In this document: positions 27,301-39,396 of the stretch, one piece after another
Layout of the letters: the number at the start of each line of letters is the position of its first letter
Position numbering within the stretch: the stretch's first letter is position 1
Origin: Yuukianura sp. NJ FZ-2021
Lineage: Eukaryota
Assembly (NCBI GenBank): GCA_046563655.1
Contig: CM102287.1
Span: forward strand, 5,642,001-5,706,000
Length of the DNA stretch: 64,000 nt
Reading direction: 5' to 3'
Notes under the pieces: model-generated
Databases searched by the model: none
The model's input: the letters and a program-made list of their open reading frames with translations, nothing else
What the model was told of the DNA's origin: nothing
Program-made: the position numbers and the translations under genes

Positions 27301-30300
27301 TCCAGCGACCATTAGGCAGCTTTTGTCGATTAACTCCCTCTCTTCTCCTGTACATTTTGTCCATAAACATGGTTATGTAATGCACAAATTCTGAGATTCA
27401 GAGCTGACTTTATCCAGATTTCATTCCAAGCAGTCAGTGAAATTCTAAATGAAAAGATCTCAGTGTAAATAGAGAAAGTCACCCTATGGAGGCGGAGGAA
27501 TTCTTGGTTCGATGACTTAATCTCTTACGAGGATAAATCTTTGCAATTAGGGCATCTGGTGAAGGCATTGACGAATTTAGCAATTGATATATGCTTATGT
27601 GCTTTCTAGACTATTAGTCACTTCCAGAAACTAAAACTTATTTCCAAATCACAAACATACCATAATTCAACATGTAGACTAACAAAAGAACTTTCTCCAT
27701 TGTTTTCTGCTTTCTTGGCTTCCAATGTTCCAGTAGTGGATCTAATGGCCCTGTGCCTTGTTTTCCCCCAAATTGTCCATTGAGTGCCGAATGACTCATG
27801 TCGAACTCCTCCCGTTTCTAAACCATTTTCGCAGAAATCGTATAATTTGGCCCATGGTTCTCCGCTACTGACTAATGCAAAAACTTTTGGCAGTTCCGGA
27901 TAGGAAGTGGAGTGAGAACGATTCGGTTTTTGCTTTGAAAATGGAGAAGATGAGACCCATTGACTCTGCTTTATGGAGCGACTCACTTGGTGACAGATAA
28001 GACTTTCTCTTCAGTTCAAATCCAGAACCCTCCAGCTTTCTCTACTTTCCCTAAGCATTAACAACTCGCAAGACATAAAAACAGAAGGAAATGGCCAAAT
28101 AAAAACTTGTGAGTAAAGTCTTTCCAATTTGTCCTCATGAGACATTAGAAAATGGAAGAAAAAACAGTATAACGAAAGACAGAGACAGCAGTAGTAGTTA
28201 CTTCCTCCATCAGACCAATAAATCTCTACTTTCAACTTCCTCCATTTTCAAATATATGGACTTGGCCTTTTCTAAAAAAAAGTTCGCCTTCTCCCCAGTA
28301 TCCACTTTTCTAAAAACGATTCTAGACTGGGCTGCTGATAAATTGGCATAATTTTGACCCCTCACGAGGATTCCTATCTTCGTTTTTTTTTTGGAAGAGG
28401 ACAAATTGGAGTCGTCCACGTCTAGAACCAAAAAAAGTGATGTCGTCGCCTATCTGATTGAGTCACAAAGTCAAATATTGTCCAGTCGGAGCAGACAAAT
28501 GGACACTTTAGATTTCAGGGCTATTCCGTTAGAATCTCTAAGTTCTTAGAAGCAGTTTGTGTGTGTCGTGAAAGTGGACCTGTCACGTCTCTATTCAAGA
28601 CAAATGGTGCGTACAGTGCTTACGAAAGCACAAGTTTCAAATAATTTTGGCAAAGAACAAAATTTGTTTAGAATTCCAGGATGACTGCGACTCAGGCAGT
28701 GTAGGCGGCTAGAATTGGAAAAGCGGGTAGTAGCAGAAGTGCCTTGTACAAATGTTAGTAATGGATTTTGGATTGGTGTGGCCCGTGACAGGTTGACATT
28801 CAGAGAGAAATAGTGCATTTGTCACCTGAGAACGCTGGGAAAGTATACTGGCTGCATTGTTTTTGAAAATGTGCATTCGGATTGCAGTGGAGGACCGGAA
28901 ATAATGGGATTCTTGTTTAGATGTCTTAGGAAATTGTTATAAATCCTCCAATTCCATTCCTGTGCAGGCCCTGTCTAATTAATCTGGATCTCTTCAGGAG
29001 AGCTACAACGCTTTACTTTAGTAGAAGTCCTGGAAGGGATCTGGATATATCCAGCGTAGTAACATTTCTGCTCATGGCATCCAATTCCGTTTTTCTGCTT
29101 TTGAAACCACGAGGACCACATAAATCAAAGAGTGAAGGCGAGGAAGAGTAATGAGGAAAACAAAGGGCTTTGTGTCTGTTTTTCGGTTTTTTCGGAGTGG
29201 ATAAAAAGGAATTCGGATGTTTTGGATTAGTTGTGGAGGCTGTTAATGATGAATGAAGGGGACAAGTGGCTGTGGCTTGTTAGGTTAGAAGGACATCCAG
29301 AATCCAGTACTGGATGTAGCATTGGACATAACAGTTCCTAAGTGGATCTGGAATTTGTTAGTGACGGAAGAGAAAGTGAGAGTAGTTGGCCCTTAAGTAC
29401 CAGGAGACACATTTGGTTTTATTTGTTGTAATAAAAGTGAAACTAAGCAAACCACTAACTTTAGTTCAAACTGGAACGTAAGTAGTGAATTCAATTTCAA
29501 TTTCTTGGAAAAGTGGTGCAGGGGCACAGAGGTGGCTGAAAAGGCTTTATCGGTGTGCTGGATTTAAAGTGATCTAGCGCTGGATCTGCAGCGATGCCAC
29601 ACTATTCCTCTGAAGTTTGTGAAGGATTGTTTATTTCCGTTTAACTTTTTAGATTACCCGCCTGGTTACTTTCCGGATCCATCCAAGAAGCTAGGGATTC
29701 AGCCTGACTTGACAGTTGTAAGTGGCTCAGGGGGAGGAGGTGGTGGTGGCGTCGTCGGTGGGGCAATGAATCCCACGGGACACACTCTCTGCTATGAGTA
29801 CACTTACCCGGGTTCCGGAATTCCAAATAAGGACAATCCACCACTTACACCAGGTTAGGCTCAATGAATTACAACACAAATTCCAAAATCTTATAAATCC
29901 TAGCCTAGCCTAACATAGTAAATGACAAAAATCTAACATTTTACATACTCAAGCTTACTAAAATTCCCTATTTTAAGAAAAATTTGAAAAACCTACAAAG
30001 TAACCTGAAATCCTTGCTCGCAATTCGGAAAAGTGAAAGTCTATTTCTGTGAAGAAGTGAAAGTCAAAATATTCTTGAAGAAAAGACGCTCCAATCCAAA
30101 ATCTTAGAAAGTAGAAATCCTTGCTCACTAATTTCAATTTTTAGTTTTAACTTTAACTAAAAAACTAAAATTTCGAAAATTCTAATTTTGATTTTCTTTT
30201 TTTTTCTCCACAGATACAAGTGAGCACCACTACGACGTCCCGCATTTGCATCTTCAGCAACAATCGGCAATCATTCGAGCTGCCGGCGTGGCAGGTCTGA

Positions 30301-33300
30301 CCGGTTCACCGTCGTCAGAAGACAACTGTAAAAAGAATTCGTTTCGACTGTTGGGCCGAAATGGACCTGGAATCGGTAGAGGTCAACCGGAAAAAGGAAT
30401 CTTCATGTCCACTTCACTTGATAGACGATCGGCCTCATCTCAGAGCATTTCAACCTCATTTTCGTCATGTAAGCCCATCAATTGATTTAGAATGACAAAA
30501 AAACTGACAGTTCGGAAGTTTCTGACAACGTCAAAAACTGCCGAACCAAGGCAAAAGGTGTCAAGTCGAGAAGTTCGCTGATTTAATGAAGGTGAAGAGG
30601 CAAAGATGAGCGGCTGACAAACTGTCATGGCCTTTCTTACGCTGAAATTGCAAGGAAATGGTGCAAGTTTGGAAAGGCTTCAACTTCTTGAGTGTTGTTT
30701 CTATTTGAGGATATGCAGAAAGGCGTTTTTGAGTTCTTGACGTTACTGCTGAACGTGCTTTATCGCTGGGAGATCTTCCAGTGCTTTTGCTTCTTCAAGT
30801 GAAGACAACTGCTCTTCAAAAAGTGACAGATTGGGAGATAGGGCTGAAAGAATTGAAGCGCCACTTCAGCAGGAACAGAGTGAAAGTCAGTCTGAATTAT
30901 TTACGGAACAAAGGCCCAGTAGAAAAGAAACCTCAATTTCCGTTTCGCTGCAAATGGCTTCTTCATCAAAATATCAAAAATTTGATACAAAATAACAGTT
31001 TTTAATGAATTTTTAATTTTTGGTTTTGTTTTTACAGCGGAGGGCTCCGGCTCAAACTCTGTGACCTACGAAGGGGGCGAACAAGGACGAGAACAAGATG
31101 GCCTCACAAATCCGTTCAGAGACTCCATGACCTCGACTACTTTTCTGCTTGACGGCCTTGACCCGGAGCATCTCACTTGGGCAGCAGCAGATGCCGCTGG
31201 ATGTCGCCTGTCCCTTAAGGACTCGGCCCTTAACCTAACAATTCCGGAGGGAGCCCTTCAAACACCAGAGGAACTCTACTGTGCCATCCTGTCTGATGAA
31301 AGAGACCGACCAACTTTGAGTGGTACTTTTTAATTAAGTTAAATTAATTAGTTTTAATTGAAATTAATATGTTTTAAACCATTTTAGATGGACAAACTCT
31401 GCTAAGCCCTGTGATTTCCTGCGGCCCTTCGTCAGTGAACCTCTTGAAGCCAGCGATTCTCAGCTTTCAACATTCAGCGGCTCTCAAGTTCGGTGGCTGG
31501 AAGGTGTCACTCTACCACTTCCCTTCTACTTCAACGCTTGACAGCAAAGACAATAATCACATCACGAAGTGGAAGGTCAGTTGACATTCCGCATTCGGTT
31601 AGGTTGTGTTAGGATATCGTTTTACACAAAAGTTAGTTTCCATCAAGGTTCCTATAGCAACGAAATAGTTTCTCTTTAACAGATCAGGCAATAAGTCCCC
31701 TCTTTCCAAAAATGTCGCTGCAAACATTTTTCCCCGCCCTGAAATTGTTTATCGCTCTTTTTGTGCAAAAATTCAAAAGTTTGCATCAAACTGGACGTTC
31801 AAAATGAAGAAAAGAAACTTTTGGAGCAAGAATTCCCAAGGAAATGAGAGTTGCCGTTATGCCCTTTAATTTTTAAGATTGATTGCGAGGAGTAAAACAT
31901 ACAAAAGCGACTTATTGCCTAACCTGTTAAAGAAAAAACTATTTTCTTGTTTACAAACCTTGGTTTCTATGTCCCTACTCGCTAATGTGTTTTTTAATTT
32001 GCAGAAGCTGACTACTGTTGGAGAGGAGACAATTGATACCCCTGTGTTCATACAACTAGATTTAAGTCAAGTATTCTTAGTAACAGATCGTCTCGAGAGA
32101 TTTGCCTTAGTTGGAGAGTCTGAACCTGGAAAACAAGCGGTCAAGACACTAAGAATTGCCGTCTTTGGACCAGCAGTTGCTCAGCAACTGTTTACAAGCC
32201 CCAAAACAGTTACAGAGTACAACATTCGGGTTTATGTCATGGATGATACCGTAGCAGCCCTGGAGGTTTTTACACAAAATTCATATCATACGAAAAAAAA
32301 CAACCAACATCCGCATTTTGAATTTTGTTTTGAATTTTCAGCGCGTTTTGAATTTGGAAAAGAAACTGGGAGGACGCGTTCTGGATAAGCCGCGGAGCCT
32401 ACTTTTCCAGGACATTTCGCAGAACTTGTGCGTGTCACTGGAAGATGTTGGTTCCGGTTGGAGGTGTAAATCCCAAGGAAGCTACCAGGTACGCCGCTTT
32501 TTTTGAAAAGTTGTACTTTTTTTGAAAAGTTATGCTAGGTAAGCTAAAAGCACCTATTTTTCCTCTAAACAAACTTTTTAGGCTGCCCTGCTTGCCCTAA
32601 ACTTTCTCCAGGGAAAGTTATTTTTGATGCAATTCAATAAAAGGGCAAAAGCATTCCTCCACCCACCGGCACAAACTCCTGTTTTTGTATCAACAAACGA
32701 CAAAAACTTCCGACTTTTCAAAAAAATGCTTGTTGAGATAAAATTTCCTTTTTCCAAAAGCGCTCTTTTGTATAACTGACAGGGAAAAGGCTTTCAAAAA
32801 AGAGAAAGTTTGAGAAAGTGAAATGAGTTCTCCACTTCAACTCCTTTTTGTTATCTTTGAGATTTTGAAGACTTTTTAAAAATCAAACTTTTCCAATTTT
32901 AAAAGATCCTATAGGAGTTTAGGAAATAGAAGCATTTGTGCAAGAGAGGGGAGAGTTTCAGCGGGGAGAAAGTTGGATTTTCATAAAAAGTTGAACGTTG
33001 AAATTGATTTGTTTTTCTTTTGTTGGTCCTATCGCTTTCTTTAGGAGATTCTGTTTAGTCAAATCTGGAGTTCCAAACAACCGCATTTGGTAACGATTCT
33101 GACACTGGAAAAAACTGAGAGAAGAATTTCCCCAATTTGTTTTCGACTGCTGGCCTTCCAATATGGAGTACAATTACAGCGACAGACATTCCGAATTCGG
33201 ACTGACCTCAACCCATCCATGGTAACAACTTTGACCTCCTCTAATTTTCAATTTTGAAGTATGGCTTGAGCTCGAATTTTCAATTTGATCGCTGGAGCAC

Positions 33301-33866
33301 GGATTTTGAATTTTGAAGTATCGATGGAACAATCTGCAAAAATAATCAGAAATTAATGTCATTTTTGAACCATTTCAGAAATCTAGAGGAAATGGATCTG
33401 CTAGTGGAATTTTGACGAGTTCCTCACCCGAAGTGACGCTTGTGCCAAAATCATCTACGGTGACAATGAGTAGCGGTTGTAGTTCTATGGTGACACTGGA
33501 AGCGACGAGCCCGCCCTTCAGACTTCCTCAGCCCTTGAAGAAAAAGCTTTGCCAAATGCTTGATCCACCTCATCCAAATGGCAAGGACTGGAGACTGCTT
33601 GCACAAAAACTAGGAGTCGACAGGCAAGGAATCCTAGGATCAAAATTATTAGAAACTTTAGACTTTGAAAGTTAAAACTTTACTTTTTGTGTAGATTTAC
33701 AAACTTTTTGACAATGAAATCCAGCCCGACGGAGTACATTCTGGACTTATGGGATGTAAAAAGTCGGAAACCGGAAGGCGTCACTGACCTCCTCAATGCC
33801 CTGCGCCTAATGGAACGCCAAGATGCTGTAGCACTGTTTGAGAAGGAGATGGGCCCTTGGATATGA
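350..33866 (+). CDS. unc-5: Netrin receptor UNC-5 family (Ig-Ig-TSP1-TSP1-TM-ZU5-UPA-death domain); 5' partial, signal-peptide exon(s) upstream of the window
   Basis: Phase-consistent exons read by eye. Ig1: 350-489, 648-734, 1343-1478 ([32 protein letters not shown]). Ig2: 7408-7628, 7687-7756 ([31 protein letters not shown]). TSP1: 9715-9885 and 12450-12617 ([20 protein letters not shown]). Candidate exon 15244-15336. TM: 24340-24486 ([22 protein letters not shown]). Linker: 29653-29853, 30214-30468. ZU5: 31038-31322, 31388-31575 ([18 protein letters not shown]). UPA: 32005-32265, 32342-32488, 33045-33221. Death domain: 33379-33623, 33695-33866 ([21 protein letters not shown]). This domain order is diagnostic of UNC-5. 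Confidence 0.95.
9944..10067. repeat. Palindromic ATGGACG/CGTCCAT motif cluster (possible MITE relic)
   Basis: Four ATGGACG (9944, 9958, 9973, 9987) facing two CGTCCAT (10029, 10058); CTTATGGACG/CGTCCATAAG is a 10-bp inverted repeat. Confidence 0.55.
15244..15336 (+). CDS. unc-5: Candidate 93-nt symmetric (phase 1-1) exon of unc-5 in the juxtamembrane stalk
   Basis: CTAAC branch-like motif, pyrimidine tract and TAG acceptor (15241-15243); strong AG|GTAAGA donor. The frame is open and encodes [31 protein letters not shown], compatible with both flanking phase-1 junctions. Confidence 0.65.
20861..21235. repeat. Degenerate minisatellite with TAGTTACT(CC) core in an unc-5 intron
   Basis: Nine copies of TAGTTACT plus several degenerate ones, often as units like TAGTTACTCCCT..AAAACTAG.TT at ~26-50 nt spacing. 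Confidence 0.8.
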
Positions 33867-33957
33867 GTACTTAAGCCAATCGAATGGTTGCCTAAAATGC
33901 TTTGTACACTTTTTGTACTTCTAAAGACCTAACAGATTCTCAAACTGCTCTAATGTT

Positions 33958-33963
33958 AATAAA
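33958..33963 (+). terminator. Putative polyadenylation signal of unc-5
   Basis: AATAAA about 90 nt after the TGA stop at 33864-33866. Confidence 0.5.
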
Positions 33964-34133
33964 TCATTAAGTTTTTCTTTAATTAATTATTGATAAAAAC
34001 AAGTTATACACAATTTAATTTAAATTAGAAATTTCCTGTTGTTAAAACCTCCGGATCAGTCTTGAGATGTTTTCTCCGGATCGGTCATATTTAATACCCG
34101 TTAGGTAACATCCACAGCTAATTCAGAATACTG

Positions 34134-35564
34134 CTATAATGCCAGAGGTCTTCTCTTGACAGGCGAAGCTGCCGATGCTATCTTGAATCTAGAACTGCAT
34201 GTAAAAGGAAAACCAATTATATAAAAAGAGCAACTAAAACATAAAGTTAGTTTTACGGGAGAAGGAATAGAGTGTACTCACCCGCAAGTGGTGCAAATAG
34301 GAGTGAATTTACAAAATACTAGAAAGAAATACCAGAATTAGAAAATCAAAACCGCAATTTGTATGTAATTTAAAATTAATTGAATATTGACGCAATGAAT
34401 AAAAGAAAAAGAAGAATTACTTGATAAACAGACGCTGCATACGAAACCTTCTGAGATGAGCTGTCGATGACAAAAGCAAGCTGCTCGATAGTCAACTGGT
34501 TCGGCTGGAGGAAGCGTCAGTGCTTTGCGCATGGACACATCAGGAAGGAATACCCACTGAAAGGATCATAATTAATTAGATTTGCTCAAACAATTGAATT
34601 AATTGAGAAATTATTTAACACTTTGTACCAATAAGTGTTGCAGAAGCCCAACTGGTCCCCCTGGAGGCTTGAAGTAAATTCCACCGGTTATGTCAGCGCC
34701 TTGGTTTAGCAGCGTTGCGTAAGGACCGAGGACACAAGCGTCAATTGTGATTCCCTGAAAGAATTGGGTTATTCCAGTAGTAATGCATAATCAATCATTG
34801 ACGTGTTTATCCATGAAAGAAGAACTTTACCTGTTTTTGAGCAGCGAAGAAAGCATTGTTGAAAGCCATATATTGAGCAGTAGATTCACAGCTTCCGGAA
34901 ACTATTAAAATCCTAGAGCAAAGCTTCTCGTCCACGGCCAGTTTCCTTTCCTTCCTAAATTACGAAGCACGTTTAAAAAAAGGTTTTCAAAACGTTTTGA
35001 ATTGGTTTTATCATCACCAACAGGTTTATGTATGTTAGTGCCATGATGAGAGTACTGGCAAGGCATGTACTCAGGCCTTCTTCGTCCGAAATCTTCTGAG
35101 GAACAAATCGTTTGTCAGCAGTTAAGACTTTCATATTCCTACGGATGAGAAGTTCCACGGCTAAAAACTGCTCGTACTGGCCGTCTTGTTGATGTAGAGA
35201 CTGTGAAGTGTCTCCAGGTGCCTTCTCGATAGGATACAGCATGTGACTGAAAAAAGAAAGAAACATAATCGGTGACAAACGATAATTGCATATGTATCAC
35301 GTAGAAAATATAAAACTAGATTGAACTCCCTTACCTTTCTGTAATAGTTGATGCATAAAAGGCAACTTGATTCGCGCTATTCAGTAGAACGTGAGCATTT
35401 GCAAAAGCCACCAGGGCATCGGTTACTTTGTACAGTGCTCCAGGATCATCTCGAACATATTGTTGAGCCGGACTGGCGTCAATTATGATTATCAGTAATT
35501 GTGAGGTGTGAATAACATTCGATTCATTGTCTTTCAGATTCTGCGGAATAATCGAACCCGACAT
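34134..35564 (-). CDS. GTF2H3: General transcription factor IIH subunit 3 (p34/Tfb4), ~312 aa
   Basis: Exons (minus) 35564-35335, 35246-35022, 34954-34831, 34754-34629, 34556-34421, 34318-34282, 34194-34134, total 939 nt. vWA-like N-terminus ([24 protein letters not shown]), [24 protein letters not shown], and the C-terminal Zn motif [38 protein letters not shown] characteristic of Tfb4/p34. Confidence 0.93.
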
Positions 35565-36014
35565 GACGTCCCTTCCCGGTCAAGCCGAACGCAACCGTAA
35601 TTCTCTTGTTTGTTTTAGTCTGATAAAAAACAAAACAAATATCCTGTAATTCACTAATCCAATTAGCTTTAGCTTTAAAGTAATTCACAAAGCACATAAA
35701 TTCTCGAATTGCTTATGCTTACACTTTTTTACGTTTTGATTGTAAAATCAAAATCCACCGGACAAAAATGACGAGAACGAACCGACGACGTGTACACTAG
35801 GCTGAACTGCATCGATTGACGAATTCGGCGGACAGTGATGGCAACGATGGTAAGACGATGGTTAGTCTTAGTGATCGACCAGTGATAAAAATTAAAACCC
35901 GAATAACCAATCAATCATCACATAAAGAATGAACGATTGATGATGAACGAAAGAGCCGAAATTAATTAAACTCTTGGCTAAAGTAGAGATTAACGAACAC
36001 CATAGTGTCACACG

Positions 36015-36174
36015 TGTAGCCACCTTTATAGCTACAGAATAAATGCTGGTGTAGCTGCATCCGAGTGGCAACATTTTTTGTAGCCGCTTTAGCTTAACCA
36101 AACCTTACATAAAGTGGCAACATAAGTAGCCGAATAGGGTAGCTAGCCATTGTAGTAGCCGTAAGGTGGCTACA
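36015..36174. repeat. Inverted-repeat-bounded GTAGC motif cluster between the divergent GTF2H3 and ZAD-ZNF genes
   Basis: TGTAGCCACCTT (36015-36026) / AAGGTGGCTACA (36163-36174) form a perfect 12-bp inverted repeat, with several internal GTAGCC/GTAGCT/GTGGCAAC motifs. Confidence 0.55.
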
Positions 36175-37174
36175 AAATTCAACTAGGATTGTTAAGCCTT
36201 ACTCCAACCACCGTTTATTGTGCATCGAATATTCAAAAAGCTTTGCCGCGCTTTATGTGAAAATATGAACTTCGCGGGGTTTTGTTATCTCAATGCCCCA
36301 ATTTGAGAAAACATAGACCGTGGGAAAATACTTTCAGTTTCGACGCAATAGTGTCTCACTCTCTTGGTCTACAGCAGAGTTTGGAATTTTGCACTGGGAA
36401 GAGCGCAATAACACTACTCAAGAAGATACGATTTCCCCATGAACAGAGAAAGAAGCGGCTGAATGAGAAAGTGGGGGATTTGGCCATCGCTATTGGCTCC
36501 CTCGCTTCTTCTGGAAGGAGACGCCGCCAACAAGGGGGAACCTCAGTCGATGGAACAACAACACACGCACAAAAAACTAAGAACAAGAACTCAAACCAAG
36601 GCGAGGCACAACTTACTACACAAGGACATTCATCAAACATTCTAACCTCTACTTAACTGATTAATCATCCACCGAGTCATTAATCAGCACAGGTCACTTT
36701 CTCGGTAGTCAGTCACCAGGTCATAACAGGTAAGGACTTTCGCTGGAGGTCATTGTCACTCATAATCTAAAATACTAGGCCTATGCTTTTACTAAAATCC
36801 AAGAACAATTCAATAGCCATTTTCTCTCGCTCCTGGCCTATTGACTATAACTTCCCCTTCACCTTCCCTCTCATGCTCATGTACTCATCTTCCTTATAAA
36901 AGCCCCTTATTGTCTATACTTATTTTTATCACAACAGTTGACGATATCGTTGTTTTCTAGGAATTTGCAGGTTGTCGGTGGTCACTTTCTTGGTACTTGA
37001 GATGTAAGTTACAAATTTAAGTAGGTTTTATCGATTGGTCATCGGATAAGGTGTAAATAAGGTTATCTAGAGGAGAAGATTCATGACAAGTGTGTTGTTT
37101 GCACTTGTAGAAACAATTGGTGAATCAACAATTGGCTTTGGAGAAAACAAAGTGTGAATTGGATTGGACCAGTA

Positions 37175-39396
37175 ATGAGTTCACACTCCAAGAAGAAAGT
37201 AGACGCGAAAGCGAAGATGAAGGAACCGGGGAAGGCGAATGGAAGGTCAACTGGACCCTTAACGTTTCGGCTAGATTCGTGTCTCAATTGTGAGATAGCG
37301 TTGGGTCAAGTAAGCTAACATTCAATAATAATAATATTATATTGTTATTAATATTCGTTTTATGGTTGAAGTAATTGCTTCTGACATTTATAATTCCGGA
37401 TTACCGGATTTTTCTTTTGGACATTACAGGGCACAACAAAGGTGGCCGAATTCATGCTGTCATTTTCAGAGACCAGTAAACGAACATTTTCTGTATTAGA
37501 AGCACTAACATCCATCTTCGAGCTTTCCGACACCAACAGCAAGTTCTTCCCAATGCTAACGTCGAAGAATCTTGTAATGTGTCCGAATTGTGCAACAGTA
37601 CTGGCCAATTTATACAAGTCATACGTAGAACTAATGCAGCTGTCGAGACCTACGGCCAACATATGTAAACTCGTTGTCAAAGCGGAGGTAATTGTTGTTT
37701 CAATTCTTTTTGTGTTAAAAGATTTGAAGAATTCACTATTTAATTTGACTTTTAATCCATTTAGAAATGGCACGACTCGAAACGGGACTTCTTGACCACC
37801 ACTTCCAACACAGCCCCTTCCCCATCAAGTGAAGATGATGACGATGAGGAGGACGAAGAAGACGATTCGGATTCTGAAGTAGAACAAAAGAAAAGAATCA
37901 AGAATGAAAGAAAAAGCGACGATGACGACGGCGAGGATGAGGACGAGGATGAATACATTGTACCGAATGGCAGGAGCGCTAGAAGTCGCGCTTCTGGATC
38001 TGCTGCTAAAACCAAGAAACGCAAGGCAGCAAGAGCCAGAAATGGTTTGTTGTCAATCACATACAGCTTACCAATTTAAATCCAATGCTTCTGGTGTTAA
38101 CCCGGAAGACTTTACGTCGAGAGTGATTGATTTATTTTGACATATCTTGTTTCAGGAAGTTATTATGATGATGATGAAAGTGATGAGGAATATCGCGGAC
38201 CAAAGCCGAAAAGGAAACCCCGTAGCTCACAGCCCAAGGGTACTGGACGCGTCGACAGAAGTAGAATACGCGAAAGAATCACACTAGCTCTCGACGGTAC
38301 ACCAAGAAAGCGAATTCGCAGACGACCATCTCAGACACGAGAAGACGATTACAAATGTCTCGAGTGTGACCGAATCTTCAAATTTGAATGTCGTTTGATC
38401 AAGCACATGAAGACACACTTGGAGAAACAGCGAACCCAATGTGAAAGCTGTGAAAAAACGTTTCCTTATTCCTGGATGTTGGAGAATCATGTTCTCGCTG
38501 ATCATGAACACGTCAAGCCCAAAGTCTGTAGCGTTTGCGACCTCGTGTTCTACAGAACAGAAATTCTTGAAAACCACTTCTGCACTCCGAAAGATCAACA
38601 GGCGGCTGAGAGAGCAGAAAAACCGCACCGATGTGAACTCTGTGGCAAGGCCTTCCAGAAACTGGCTCATTTGACACTCCATCTTCGTTCTCACGAAGAC
38701 GAGAAGCCTATGAAATGTCCCCACTGTGCCCAGAAGTTTAGATATGAAAAATGTCTCTCGAAGCACATGCAGGTTCATGAAACGGCACATATTTGTCCAC
38801 TTTGCCACAAGGAGTTCCAAGCAAAGTCAAAATTGAATACGCATATGCAGAGCCACGACGTGGAGAAGACCTATCCCTGTCCTAATTCAACTTGCGACAA
38901 AGTGTTTCGTCAGGCTACGGCTCTTCACCGTCACTTGAAGTCGCATGGTGGAGACGCAGGGGCTGGAGGTGACGAAGGAGTCAGATTTGGCTGTGACAAT
39001 TGCCCGAAATCATTCGGCCGGAAGTCGGATCTGAGTCGACATGTTCGTAACCAAGTGTGTATAAAAGAAGAGGGTGTGGGCAAAGGCGGGGATGATGAAG
39101 ACCAGGATGGAACGGACAAAGAAGCTACTTCTGATGAAGAAGAGGCTGAAGGTCAAGGTTCCGATGGAGATTCGATGTCGCCCGGAGTCAATTCGGATAA
39201 TGAGAATACTTTACCTTCATCTCCATCACCACTACCGTCTCCGCAGCTTAACCTTTCAGAAGAAGATTCCAATTCTGCACCGGCAGTAGCCTCTGTTACC
39301 AAAATTGAAAAAGTCGAAGGGGATGAGATTGTACTGGCAATGAAGAGCACTCCAACTCCGGTCGCAGATACGGACGATTCGTTTCTTTCCGAATAG
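37175..39396 (+). CDS. ZAD (zf-AD)-type C2H2 zinc-finger protein, ~637 aa
   Basis: Exons 37175-37309, 37430-37687, 37765-38044, 38156-39396. N-terminal CLNC...CPNC pair (ZAD-like), an acidic/basic linker with NLS-like runs, then 8 fingers (6 C2H2, 2 C2HC variants) and an acidic tail. The start codon is inferred; upstream 5'-UTR exons are likely (donor ACAG|GTAAGG near 36729). Confidence 0.85.

Noticed and set aside
1850..29600. Many 60-150 aa ORFs in unc-5 introns (e.g. 11641-12041, 19821-20252, 21310-21585, 27618-27986)
   Set aside because: Low-complexity F/K/L-rich translations, mostly with non-ATG starts, no recognisable domains and no coherent splice structure; no transposase or reverse transcriptase motifs seen.
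38284..38820. Long antisense ORFs (also 47111-47767, 55535-55957, 62855-63277)
   Set aside because: Shadows of real coding exons on the opposite strand.
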